Assembly (NCBI GenBank): GCA_963801815.1
Contig: CAWDGJ010000002.1
Location: 384,001-448,000, forward strand
DNA from: an uncultured Verrucomicrobiae bacterium
GTDB lineage: Bacteria; Verrucomicrobiota; Verrucomicrobiia; Chthoniobacterales; UBA10450
Direction: 5' to 3'
DNA: 64,000 bases
Shown here: positions 20,504-30,358 of the stretch, one piece after another
Layout of the letters: every line of letters starts with the position of its first letter
Position numbering within the stretch: position 1 is the first letter of the stretch
Program-made: the position numbers and the translations under genes
The notes under the pieces: generated by a model
The model's input: the letters and a program-made list of their open reading frames with translations, nothing else
Told to the model about the DNA's origin: nothing
Database searches by the model: none

Positions 20504-21886
20504 ATGGTCGGCAAACTTTTAGCACCCGAAATCAGGAGCCTGATTGACGGGCGCGATTTCAACGGCCTGCGCGAGCTGTTCAAGGAATGGCCGCCGGCCG
20601 ATGTCGCGGACGTCATTCTCGATCTTCCAGAAGACGACCAGGTAATTATCTTCCGGGTGTTGCCGGCCGCCCTGGCCGCGGACGTTTTCGAATACATCGG
20701 GATCGAAGAGCAGCAAAATTTGCTGCATGCCATGGCCCACGAACAGGTCGTTGCGATCCTGAATGAAATGTCCCCGGACGATCGGACTGCTCTACTCGAA
20801 GAGTTGCCGAGCGAAGCGGCGCGACAGTTGATCAAACTTCTCACGCCGGACGAGCGCCGGGTTGCCCAATCGCTTCTGGGTTATCCCGAAGGCAGCGTCG
20901 GCCGATTGATGACCCCGGACTTCATCGCCGTGCACGAGGATTGGACAGTCCAACAGGTTCTCGATTTCGTCCGCGAATTCGGCCGGGACCGCGAGACGTT
21001 GAACATCATTTACGTGGTCGATGAGCACAACAAGCTGATCGACGACGTCCGGATCCGGGAATTTCTCCTGCGACCATTGAGCACGAAGGTGAGCGAAATT
21101 CGCGACCGCAACTTTGTGTCGTTGAAGGTGACCGACACCCAGGAAGACGCGCTCAATCTGTTCCGCAAGTATGATCGGGCCGCGTTGCCGGTGCTTGATT
21201 CCAGCGGCGTGCTCGTCGGGATCGTGACTAGCGATGACATGCTCGACGTCGCCGAAGAACAGGCCACCGAGGACATTCAAAAACTCGGCGGTATGGAAGC
21301 TCTCGACGAGCCCTACACAACGATCCCGTTTGCGCGGATGGTAAAAAAGCGCGCTACCTGGCTCATCCTTCTCTTTCTCGGCGAAATGCTGACCGCAACC
21401 GCAATGCAGGGTTACAACAGCGAAATCGAAAAGGCGGCAATCCTCGCGATGTTTCTGCCCCTAATCATTTCCAGCGGCGGCAACTCCGGCTCGCAGGCGA
21501 CGACGCTGGTGATTCGGGCGATGGCTTTGGGCGAGCTGAACTTGCGCGACTGGTTTCGTGTTGTGCGCAAAGAGCTCGTCTCCGGTTTGTCGCTCGGCAT
21601 CATTCTCGGAACAATCGGGTTTTTCCGAATCAGTTTGTGGCAATACCTGCACATTTTTGATTACGGCCAATATCATTGGCTTGTCGCGATAACGGTTGGC
21701 GTCGCGTTAGTCGGCGTCGTCTTATGGGGAACGATCAGTGGCTCAATGTTACCATTTTTGCTGCGCCGTTGTGGGCTCGATCCGGCGGCATCATCAGCCC
21801 CGTTCGTCGCGACCCTGGTTGATGTCACCGGCCTGATTATTTATTTCAACGTGGCCCTGTTCATTCTTCGCGGCACGCTGCTATAA
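20504..21886 (+). CDS. mgtE: Magnesium transporter MgtE
   Basis: MgtE N-domain, CBS pair, SSGGNSGSQA, PFVATLVDVTG. Confidence 0.95.
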   Translation: MVGKLLAPEIRSLIDGRDFNGLRELFKEWPPADVADVILDLPEDDQVIIFRVLPAALAADVFEYIGIEEQQNLLHAMAHEQVVAILNEMSPDDRTALLEELPSEAARQLIKLLTPDERRVAQSLLGYPEGSVGRLMTPDFIAVHEDWTVQQVLDFVREFGRDRETLNIIYVVDEHNKLIDDVRIREFLLRPLSTKVSEIRDRNFVSLKVTDTQEDALNLFRKYDRAALPVLDSSGVLVGIVTSDDMLDVAEEQATEDIQKLGGMEALDEPYTTIPFARMVKKRATWLILLFLGEMLTATAMQGYNSEIEKAAILAMFLPLIISSGGNSGSQATTLVIRAMALGELNLRDWFRVVRKELVSGLSLGIILGTIGFFRISLWQYLHIFDYGQYHWLVAITVGVALVGVVLWGTISGSMLPFLLRRCGLDPAASSAPFVATLVDVTGLIIYFNVALFILRGTLL

Positions 21887-21943
21887 ACGGGTTCTAAACG
21901 CGGGAGGCATTGGGCCCGCGCATGAGATTCTCGCGACTTATTT

Positions 21944-24598
21944 ATGAGCAACAAAGAAGCGACCCACGGCGCGGGCGTTTCCAAGCAGATTGACGAACTG
22001 GCGACGATCAGTGTCGAAGAACTTTTCCAACGGCTCGGCACGTCTGAGGCCGGCTTGAGTGAAGAGGAAGCTGAGAAAAGGCTGGATCAATTCGGTCCAA
22101 ACGAGGTTGCCGCGGAGAAAGAGCACACCTGGGTTTACCGGTTGTTTACCGCGAGCCGCAATCCGTTGGTGATTCTGCTGACGGTGCTGGCCACCATTTC
22201 GTATGCGACGGGCGATTTCCGCGCGGGCACGGTCATGCTGTTGATGGTTATTCTCGGATTGTCTCTCCGCTTTGTTCAGGAAAGCCGCGCGGACGCGGCG
22301 GCGCGAAATTGAAAGCGATGATCAGCGTCACCGCGACGGTCGTCCGCGACGGACAGGCCAGGGAAATACCGCTCAGCCAGCTTGTTCCCGGCGACATCGT
22401 TCACTTATCCGCCGGCGACATGATTCCCGGCGACGTGCGACTGATCTCCGCCAAGGATCTGTTCATCATTCAGGCCACGCTGACCGGCGAATCGATGCCG
22501 GTGGAAAAAATCGACGCGCCGGACACGCGCGCGGGCGTGGGTCTGTTCGAACGCAGCAACGTCTGTTTTCTCGGCACGAGCGTCGAGAGCGGCACGGCCA
22601 CGGCGGTCATCATCGCGACCGGCTCGCAGACCTATTTCGGCAAGATGGCCCGCAGCCTCGCCGGCCAGCAGGTGGAAACGAGCTTCGACCGCGGGGTAAA
22701 GAAATTCACCTGGCTGATGATCCGTTTCATGCTGGTGATGGTGCCGCTGGTTTTCCTCATCAACGGCCTGACGAAGCACAATTGGAAGGACGCGTTTTTC
22801 TTTTCGATGGCGGTGGCGGTCGGCCTCACGCCGGAAATGCTGCCGATGATTGTCTCGGTCTGCCTGTCCAAAGGCGCGCTGGCGATGTCGAGCAAGAAGG
22901 TCATCGTCAAGCGGCTCAACTCCATCCAGAACTTCGGCGCGATGGACGTGCTCTGCACCGACAAGACCGGCACGCTGACGATGGATCACGTCATTCTCGA
23001 ACTGCACTGCGACGTTTTCAAAAACGAAAGCGAGGAGGTGCTGCGCGACGCCTATCTCATCAGCCATTTCCAGACCGGCCTGAAAAACGTGCTCGACCGC
23101 GCCGTGCTGAAATACACGGAACTGCACAACGAGCTTTCGCTCGAGAAATACGCGAAGATCGACGAAATCCCGTTCGATTTTTCGCGCCGGATGATGTCGG
23201 TGGTCGTCGAAGGGCCGAACGGCGAGCGCCAACTGCTGACCAAGGGCGCGCCGGAAGCGGTGTTCACCAAATGCACGCATTTCGAAGAGCGAAGGCGAGA
23301 TTTTTCCGATGGAGCCGATCCTGGTCGGCGATCTCGTCGAAGAGGTCAATGAATTGAGCGAAGACGGCTTCCGCGTGCTGGCCGTCGCCACCAAAAAGGT
23401 AGAGAAACGCGCGGCCTATTCCAAGGCCGATGAAGACGAACTGGTCCTGACCGGCTATCTCGCGTTTCTCGATCCGCCCAAGGAGACCGCCGTCCACAGC
23501 CATTACCGCGCTGCGCCAGAACGGCGTCACCGTGAAGGTGCTGACCGGCGACAACGATCTTGTCACGCGCAAGGTCTGCAGCGAAGTCGGCATTAACGCG
23601 GAAAAAATTCTGCTCGGCAACCAGGTCGAAAAGATGACGGACGAGCAACTGGCCGAGCTGGTGGACCGGACAGACGTTTTCGCGCGACTTTCGCCCGCGC
23701 ACAAGCAACGAGTCGTGAAGGCGCTTCAGACAAAAAGGCCACGTCGTCGGGTTCATGGGCGACGGCATCAACGACGCGCCGGCGCTGCGCGCCGCCGACG
23801 TGGGCATCTCCGTGGACAACGCGGTGGACATCGCCAAGGAATCGGCCGACATGATTTTGCTGGAGAAAAGTTTGATGGTGCTGGAGGAGGGCGTGCTGGA
23901 AGGCCGCAAGGTGTTCGTGAACATCTTGAAATACATCCGCATGGGCGCCAGCTCCAATTTCGGCAACATGTTCAGCGTGCTCGGCGCGAGCGCGTGGCTT
24001 CCTTTCGTGCCGATGCAGCCGATCCAGGTGCTGACGAACAATCTGCTTTACGATTTTTCGCAGGTGCCGATTCCGACCGACAACGTCGGTCCGCAGCAAA
24101 TCACCAAGCCGCGCCCGTGGCATATGGGCGAGATCGCAAAATTCATCGTTTTCATCGGTCCGATCAGTTCCATTTTCGATTACACGACCTACGCCATGAT
24201 GTGGTTTGTTTTCAAATGCAACGATCTCGACCTGGTGCCACCGGCGGAACTCGCCGCGCGCTTCGCCAATTACTGCCGGCCCGGAACAAACCTACGCCGC
24301 CGCGCTGTTTCACACCGGCTGGTTTGTCGAATCGCTGATGACCCAGACGCTCATCATCCACGTCATTCGCACCAACCTGATTCCGTTCATCCAATCGCGC
24401 GCCAGTTGGCAACTCACGATGACCACGATCATCATCATGGCCATTGGCGCGTATCTGCCCTATTCGCCGCTGGCGACCTCTCTGGGCTTTGTGCCGCTGC
24501 CGCCACGCTATTGGCCGCTCCTGCTCTTGACCTTGATCTGCTATGTCGGACTGACGCAAGTCATCAAGACCTGGCTCATCCGTAAGACTTGGGTTTGA
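21944..24598 (+). CDS. mgtA: Mg2+-translocating P-type ATPase (several frameshifts)
   Basis: [71 protein letters not shown]. Confidence 0.92.
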
Positions 24599-24613
24599 AA
24601 AAATTGCACTCGA

Positions 24614-25288
24614 ATGAAAAGCGTTGCCCGCATCGGATTGGCTCTCGCGATCGTGCTCGGGCTCCTGTCATCTGCGCGTGCCACCACCAAAGGTCTCAGC
24701 CAAATCGTCACGCCTGATCTTCAAGACGAAGGCGATTTGTCCTTGAGCCTGCAAATTCAGGACAAGCGAATCGCGAATCCCTATGAATTGCAGGCAGAGC
24801 TAGGAATCACAAAATGGGCCGAGGCTGCGGTGTTTCGCGGATTCGATCCCGACGACTGGATTTTCGGGACTGAAATCGGATTGATCCAAAAGGAGCCATG
24901 GTTGCTGTCGGTCGGATTCGTCAACTGGTCGCCGCATCTCGATGTCGATCCTCAGCCGTACATCGAGGCCGGTTATTACACCGAGCACAACAAATTCATC
25001 GTCGGCGGGATTCATGCCGGCTACAAAAACGAAGCGATCCTCGGTTACGCCTACGATTTCAATAAACAATGGCGGGTCCAGGTCGATTTTCAGAGCGGTA
25101 AGGAAAACTCATCCACCATCGGTTTCACCTGGAACATCACTCCGGATTTTCAAGTGAACCCGGCGATCTACTTCGCGAACTATCATCCGGACCGAATCAT
25201 GGGCTACGTCGTTTTCACCTACACATTTCATCTTTGGGCAAACAAAGAAAAAACGGGTGAAGCTGCGATACCGGGCCTGGCCAAATGA
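24614..25288 (+). CDS. Secreted protein, probable outer membrane beta-barrel
   Basis: Signal peptide ending ARA; amphipathic aromatic-rich beta-strands (GYAYDF, GFTWNI, FTYTFHLW). Confidence 0.6.
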   Translation: MKSVARIGLALAIVLGLLSSARATTKGLSQIVTPDLQDEGDLSLSLQIQDKRIANPYELQAELGITKWAEAAVFRGFDPDDWIFGTEIGLIQKEPWLLSVGFVNWSPHLDVDPQPYIEAGYYTEHNKFIVGGIHAGYKNEAILGYAYDFNKQWRVQVDFQSGKENSSTIGFTWNITPDFQVNPAIYFANYHPDRIMGYVVFTYTFHLWANKEKTGEAAIPGLAK

Positions 25289-25404
25289 CACCCGGCTGAG
25301 GCCGGTCGCTTACTTCGCGGCTTGTTTCCCAACGTGCCGGTTACCGGATTGATCGGCTATCTCTTCGAACGCCTCGCCGGATAAGGAAAAAAGGAGAAAT
25401 ACGA

Positions 25405-25472
25405 ATCAGGAAAACAGGAACGCAGGAGACAGAATAAAATGAAATTCCTTCCTGATTTCCTGCTTTTCTGAT
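25405..25472. repeat. Palindromic element with caggaa/ttcctg units
   Basis: atcaggaaaacaggaacgcagga ... ttcctgatttcctgcttttctgat; abuts the stop codon of the next gene. Confidence 0.6.
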
Positions 25473-25798
25473 CAGAGATTTTCTGGTGGCTTGATCCCGA
25501 ACTGCTCGAACATTTTCTTAATTCGTTCGCGTTTCTCCGGCGTATCCAACTTGGCCTCGTCCGGATTCTCCGCCCAAAAGAGCACGTCGCGATAATCGCG
25601 TTTCGCAATTGCGACGAACTCGCGCAGCTTTTCCTCGTTTCCCTCGCTCAGTTTCAAAATCGCGATCTGCACCCGCTCGCGTTCGCGCTCGTACGATTCA
25701 ACGCCGTAAGTGTCGAGCACCTCCAGCACGCGCGCCTGAGCGCTCTCCGGAAAACTCTTCTGAACAACTACAACAACTTCGTCGCGTGAATGTGGCAT
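25472..25798 (-). CDS. Small hypothetical protein
   Basis: 108-aa ORF with helical pattern ERVQIAILKLSEG...A.RDYRDVLFWAE. Confidence 0.7.
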   Translation of the reverse strand: MPHSRDEVVVVVQKSFPESAQARVLEVLDTYGVESYERERERVQIAILKLSEGNEEKLREFVAIAKRDYRDVLFWAENPDEAKLDTPEKRERIKKMFEQFGIKPPENL

Positions 25799-25804
25799 GA
25801 AAGC

Positions 25805-26500
25805 TCAGCGCGGACCCGAAGCGCGCTTCAAAAGCGCGTTCGCTTCTTTCTCAACTTTAGTCGCAAGCGCGGGACGATCTGCCGGTTTTAGCTCTGGATA
25901 ATCAAACAGACGAAATGCGATCCGTAGCAGTTCTGTGGTTTTTGCATTCGGACCCAAATCGAGTGGTGGACAATTTGCGATGAGCACTTTTCCATTGGGG
26001 TCTGTAACGATGAACACCTCGGTGGAACTATCTAGGACTATGTATCTGTCGGCATCCGCCAGCGGTCTTGCCTGCTGCAACATCGCAAGCCAGAGGCGAT
26101 GAATCAAAACGCCTGTCGATTCCGGGAGGGGAGCGTCATAGCGGTGAATCCTAATTGTTGCCGGATTGATTGGGCGCGTATTGCCGTAGCCATGCAAACA
26201 TTTTCGTAGGCTGATATCTGGTTGTGTTGCGCTGATCCAGTAACCACCCGGAAACCCATTCGATTTTCGAAGATCGCGGTAAATCGAGATTACAGTTTCG
26301 GGCCTGTTCTCGAACGCCGGCTGTTGGAAAAACCGAGCTACTTCACCGCGCGTAACGAACAACTATCTTTGAATTAGATTTTCATACTCGGTGAACCGCC
26401 CGAGTGAGACTAAGTGGTCGTCCGCTGAAGCCGCCTCAGTTGTGCAACTGGCAACCAGAATCGCGAGCATCACCGCGCTCGATAGAATTCGCGCGTTCAT
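25805..26500 (-). pseudogene. Putative lipoprotein interrupted by an in-frame TAG
   Basis: ATG at 26500 gives MNARILSSAVMLAILVAS-C (lipobox-like); TAG at 26365-26363; the frame continues into ORF 25805-26362. Confidence 0.55.
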
Positions 26501-26518
26501 GGGGGAATTGATTGAAGA

Positions 26519-27553
26519 CTACTTTTTAATCGCGACCCATTCGTTCCGGGCGCGGGAGTCGGCCACGGCCTGGACGACGCGCATATAACGGACGCCATCT
26601 TCGAAGCTGGGTCGCGGCCGGTTGCGGCCTTTTGATTTCACCGCCGAGATGAAATCGTTTTCCACGCTCCACTCGGTCACCAGTTCTTTTGGAACGTTCA
26701 TCTCTTCCATTTCGCGGCCGCCGTACTTGACGCTGCGAACATGTTCGTTGGTGAAATCGTAAAGCAACGCGCCGCGGTCACCGAAAATTCGCAGCCGATC
26801 GTTGGGCGCGCCGGCATGCACGCCACTGAACTCGAGAACGCCCTCGGCCCCATTCTGGAAAAGGCAAAGCACATTCAACATGTCGGGAATGATCACGTGA
26901 TAACCGCGACGCTCGGCGTTCAGAATTTTTCCCCGCGCAAACACGCCGACGATGTCGCCGAGCCAGCGTTGCATCACTTCCACGTAAATCCCGAGCGTCA
27001 GCACGTTGAGGCCGCTGATTTCGATTTTCTGCCGCCAATGCGCCGGCGCTTCCGGATTCAAATACTGGCCGTTAAAACTTTGCATCCGAATGTCATGCGG
27101 TTTGCCGACGAAATTTTCGGCCAGCAATTTCTTGATCAACAGATCGGCGCGCATTCCGAACGGCGGCGGGCAAAGCATCGTGACCAGCTCGGGAAAACGC
27201 TTCGACGCCGCGAGCATTTCTTCTGCTTCAGCCAGGTCCATCGCCATACGCGCCTGACAGAAAACGTGTTTGCCGGCCTCGAGCGCGGAAATCGTCACCG
27301 CCGAATGCATGTAAGGCGGCGTGCCGATCCAGATGATGTCGAGGTCGGGTAACGCGAGCAGATCGGCCCAGTTCGCCATCGGCGTCGCACTCGGCAAATT
27401 CTCCTTACAAAACTTTTCGCTGCTTTCGTAAGTCGAGTTCGATACGGCAACGATGTCGACTTCGGGATTCTTTTTGAGCGCCGGCAGATGGCGCGTCTTC
27501 ACAATGCCGCCCGCCCCGACGATTCCGATTCTTAGTTTGTTCTTCTGCGTCAT
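26519..27553 (-). CDS. Gfo/Idh/MocA family oxidoreductase
   Basis: IGIVGAGGI; IGTPPYMH; ALEAGKHVFCQARMA. Confidence 0.9.
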   Translation of the reverse strand: MTQKNKLRIGIVGAGGIVKTRHLPALKKNPEVDIVAVSNSTYESSEKFCKENLPSATPMANWADLLALPDLDIIWIGTPPYMHSAVTISALEAGKHVFCQARMAMDLAEAEEMLAASKRFPELVTMLCPPPFGMRADLLIKKLLAENFVGKPHDIRMQSFNGQYLNPEAPAHWRQKIEISGLNVLTLGIYVEVMQRWLGDIVGVFARGKILNAERRGYHVIIPDMLNVLCLFQNGAEGVLEFSGVHAGAPNDRLRIFGDRGALLYDFTNEHVRSVKYGGREMEEMNVPKELVTEWSVENDFISAVKSKGRNRPRPSFEDGVRYMRVVQAVADSRARNEWVAIKK

Positions 27554-27564
27554 CTGTCTGAATC

Positions 27565-27653
27565 AACCACGAATAACCACTAATGAACACGAATAAGGAG
27601 GAATGTTCATTCTGTCACCATCAATTCGTGTTAATTCGTGTCCATTCGTGGTT
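27565..27653. repeat. Palindromic element with cacgaat/attcgtg 10-bp units
   Basis: aaccacgaataaccactaatgaacacgaat ... attcgtgttaattcgtgtccattcgtggtt. Confidence 0.75.
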
Positions 27654-27676
27654 AACAGTTTCTGCGAGCAAATCGG

Positions 27677-27704
27677 TTGACAAAGCGGCAGCGCGCGGCA
27701 TCTT
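27677..27704 (+). promoter_or_regulatory. Putative sigma70 promoter of rpmB
   Basis: TTGACA-N16-CATCTT upstream of the ATG at 27727. Confidence 0.5.
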
Positions 27705-27726
27705 GTGCGCCCCTCATCCAAGCACT

Positions 27727-27990
27727 ATGTCGAGAGTTTGTGACATTACCGGTTCGAGGCCAATGCGCGGCAGCACGATTCGCCGCCGCGGTATGGCCAA
27801 GAAAAAGGGCGGCGTTGGCCGGCACGTGACCAAGAATGTGCCGCGCTGGTTCGCGCCGAATCTGCACCAGCACCGTGTCTGGGTGCCCGAACTGAAAAAG
27901 TTCGTTCGGGTTCGCGTGACCGCACGCGGGCTGAAGACGATCAACAAAAACGGCGCTTACAAAGCGCTGAAAAAAGCCGGCGCAATTTAG
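27727..27990 (+). CDS. rpmB: 50S ribosomal protein L28
   Basis: MSRVCDITG...R.FAPNL...WVPE...RVTARGLKTINKNG. Confidence 0.95.
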   Translation: MSRVCDITGSRPMRGSTIRRRGMAKKKGGVGRHVTKNVPRWFAPNLHQHRVWVPELKKFVRVRVTARGLKTINKNGAYKALKKAGAI

Positions 27991-27995
27991 ATTTG

Positions 27996-28121
27996 TCTGG
28001 GGAGCGCACGCGCCTCGCGTGCTGGCGATCGCGCCCTCGCGATCGTAAATTTTTTCACGAATCGCAGAACGATTTCGGCGAGGCACCGAAATCGACACCC
28101 GAGGCGGGTGTGGTCCCCAGA
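27996..28121. repeat. REP-like nested-hairpin element, family A, copy 3
   Basis: tctggggagcgcac ... gtgtggtccccaga termini; near-identical to copy 2; lies between convergent genes. Confidence 0.8.
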
Positions 28122-28123
28122 AG

Positions 28124-29737
28124 TCAACTTCCGCCGGTTTCTGCGTCCGACGGCGGTGCGCCTGCTTCCACCCGAGCTTCTTTTTCCGCAGCCAATGCAG
28201 CCGCCTCCGCGTTTTCTTTTTCTTCTGCAGGCGAGACGACAGCAGATGCAACGTTCTCGGTTTCTTTCGAAGACGATTCATTTGCAGGTGGGACGCCTGC
28301 CACCACAGCTTCTTCTTTTGGTTTCGTCTTTGCGCGCGGCAGATCGAGGGAGCCGTCGTTGAACTCGATCACGTAACCCGCGTTGATCAACCACAGCAGA
28401 TCGGATGCGAGCGCGAGCTTGGCACGGTCCAAGTCACTTGCGGCCGACACAGTGCCAGTCCGGCTCGGACCCGCCTCTACAGACCTTTCGGGATCGACAA
28501 TCAATTTATCGGCGAGTTCCTTGCGACCAATTCGCGGTTGCGCGACGATCGCGTCCAGAATTGTCCGGACCTGCGACGAAACGCCGGTCTCATCGTGACG
28601 AAACGGGCGCGGGAAAATTGGCGAGACGAACAACATCCCGCGCCGATGCCGGAAAACGTGCAGACTGGCTTCGCGAAATCGCGCGGCCAATTCCTGCATC
28701 ATCGCGGACGGCGACTTCGTTTCACGGTTCCATTCGTTCTCGATGACGTTGTTCAATACACGATCATGCATGCGCCGGCTGGCCGGTCCGTCAATCGTCA
28801 CCTCCGAAACAGCTCGGACGAGTCCCGGCAAATAATTTTTCTCGAAATGGCGCTCCGCTTCAGCCGCGGAGGTGAATGTCTGCGGCGGTTCTTCACGAGA
28901 CGTCGAATACGTTGTCACTTTCCGCGCTTCTTGTTTCCACTTCTCGATCTCAACCGGATCGGTAACGATCTGAATCTGTCTTTGGTAATCGCCAAAACTC
29001 ATCCGGCGGCTGAACCGTTGCTCGTAAAGATTTCGCAAACGCCGCTGGTAATCGTGATGATTGGTTGGCCCAAGCAACGTCCCGCTCAACCGATCGCGCG
29101 CGACGTTGGTGAAATTTCCTTTAATCGGTTCAGTCTCGGTAACATCGATCTTGTAGAAATCTTCCTGCCCAAAACGAAAGGCACTGCGTTCCAAAAAATG
29201 GCGGTCGACCGAGATCGCACCGTTTTCGCCAAGTTGAAAAAGCGAAACTTCCGGCGGTGCGGTCAATTTCACATCATGGCGTGGCGCTTTTTCCAAAAAC
29301 AGGCGAGCGAGCGCGAACAACGAATATGCAACCGTCCCCGATCTGATTTGCTCGACCACGTTCTCGAGCGCGGCGGCGCGCGGCAAAAACTTCACCGCAA
29401 TCGGCGGCAACGGTCTTGCCAAAGCCAGCGGGCGATTGGGCCGATACGGTCGATCCTTGCGAGGACGATCTCGTTCATGGCCGCGGGCAGGCCTTCGGTC
29501 CTCGCGGCGCGGCCGTTCCGGCAGTTTTCCTTTGCCCGTTGGGCGATCGAATTCGCGCCCCGGTCCTTTTCGGTCAGGCCGCCGTTTATCGCGCGGCCGA
29601 CGGTCACGCGATCGTCCTTCTACGCGATCTTGCCCATCGTGCTGCGCGTAACGCTCCCCCGGCGGCGGCTCGCTCACCCACGCCGGCAGCATCTTCAGAT
29701 CGACCAATTCGTCGAGATCGACAGAGGGGTCAGGCAC
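28124..29737 (-). CDS. Hypothetical protein (Arg/Asp-rich N-terminus, acidic tail)
   Basis: 537-aa ORF with a globular core (SGTLLGPTNHHDYQ; W..LINAGYVIEF.DG.L). Confidence 0.75.
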   Translation of the reverse strand: MPDPSVDLDELVDLKMLPAWVSEPPPGERYAQHDGQDRVEGRSRDRRPRDKRRPDRKGPGREFDRPTGKGKLPERPRREDRRPARGHERDRPRKDRPYRPNRPLALARPLPPIAVKFLPRAAALENVVEQIRSGTVAYSLFALARLFLEKAPRHDVKLTAPPEVSLFQLGENGAISVDRHFLERSAFRFGQEDFYKIDVTETEPIKGNFTNVARDRLSGTLLGPTNHHDYQRRLRNLYEQRFSRRMSFGDYQRQIQIVTDPVEIEKWKQEARKVTTYSTSREEPPQTFTSAAEAERHFEKNYLPGLVRAVSEVTIDGPASRRMHDRVLNNVIENEWNRETKSPSAMMQELAARFREASLHVFRHRRGMLFVSPIFPRPFRHDETGVSSQVRTILDAIVAQPRIGRKELADKLIVDPERSVEAGPSRTGTVSAASDLDRAKLALASDLLWLINAGYVIEFNDGSLDLPRAKTKPKEEAVVAGVPPANESSSKETENVASAVVSPAEEKENAEAAALAAEKEARVEAGAPPSDAETGGS

Positions 29738-29872
29738 AGCTGTTCTCTACGCCAATGCGCAAATAAAACCAGCGCGTTATGGGGTGCTGAAACGCGCAAA
29801 AAATAACGATTCTTTTACTTGCGGTGCGGCAAGCTGTGGGGTAAGCGTTGCGCTCCAACCCAAAAATTTTTT

Positions 29873-30151
29873 ATGGCTGACAAAACGATTGAGGAAAAGG
29901 TCAAGGACATCATCGTCGAACAGCTCGGGGTGAATCCGGAGCAGGTCACGCCGCAGGCGTCATTCATTGAAGACCTGGGGGCCGATTCGCTCGACATTGT
30001 GGAATTGGTGATGGCTTTCGAAGAAGAATTTTCGGTGGAAGTGCCCGACGAGGACGCGGAGAAACTGCAGACCGTCGGCGACGTCATCAATTACATCAAA
30101 GAACGCGCCAAGACGACGGGCGGCGGTGAAGCAGCCGGCAGCGGATCGTAG
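29873..30151 (+). CDS. acpP: Acyl carrier protein
   Basis: [20 protein letters not shown](I)[11 protein letters not shown]. Confidence 0.97.
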   Translation: MADKTIEEKVKDIIVEQLGVNPEQVTPQASFIEDLGADSLDIVELVMAFEEEFSVEVPDEDAEKLQTVGDVINYIKERAKTTGGGEAAGSGS

Positions 30152-30183
30152 CTTTTGACAGTGGCGGATTTTTCGCGCCGCCG

Positions 30184-30310
30184 GAAAATCCAAACCCCAA
30201 GCTCCAAGCACCAAGCAAACCTCAAGCTCCAAAACCCAAATCGCGTACAGCGTTATTTGGATTTTGATGATTGGAGCCTCCCCGGGATTTGGTGTTTGGG
30301 ATTTGTTTTC
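30184..30310. repeat. Palindromic CCAA/TTGG heptamer element
   Basis: gaaaatccaaaccccaagctccaagcaccaa ... ttggtgtttgggatttgttttc; same family as 6859-6991. Confidence 0.7.
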
Positions 30311-30358
30311 TAATCCTTGGTTGCGCCCTTCCGCTACGGGCCCAGACTAACGACGAAA

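Noticed and set aside
26363..26365. Pyrrolysine or other recoding of TAG
   Set aside because: TAG is a normal stop for several genes here and no pyl machinery is in the window.
28538..29806. Long antisense ORF (422 aa) and similar shadow ORFs such as 22405-23394, 30653-31570 and 18388-19227
   Set aside because: They lie opposite well-supported genes, lack recognisable motifs and are expected in GC-rich DNA.
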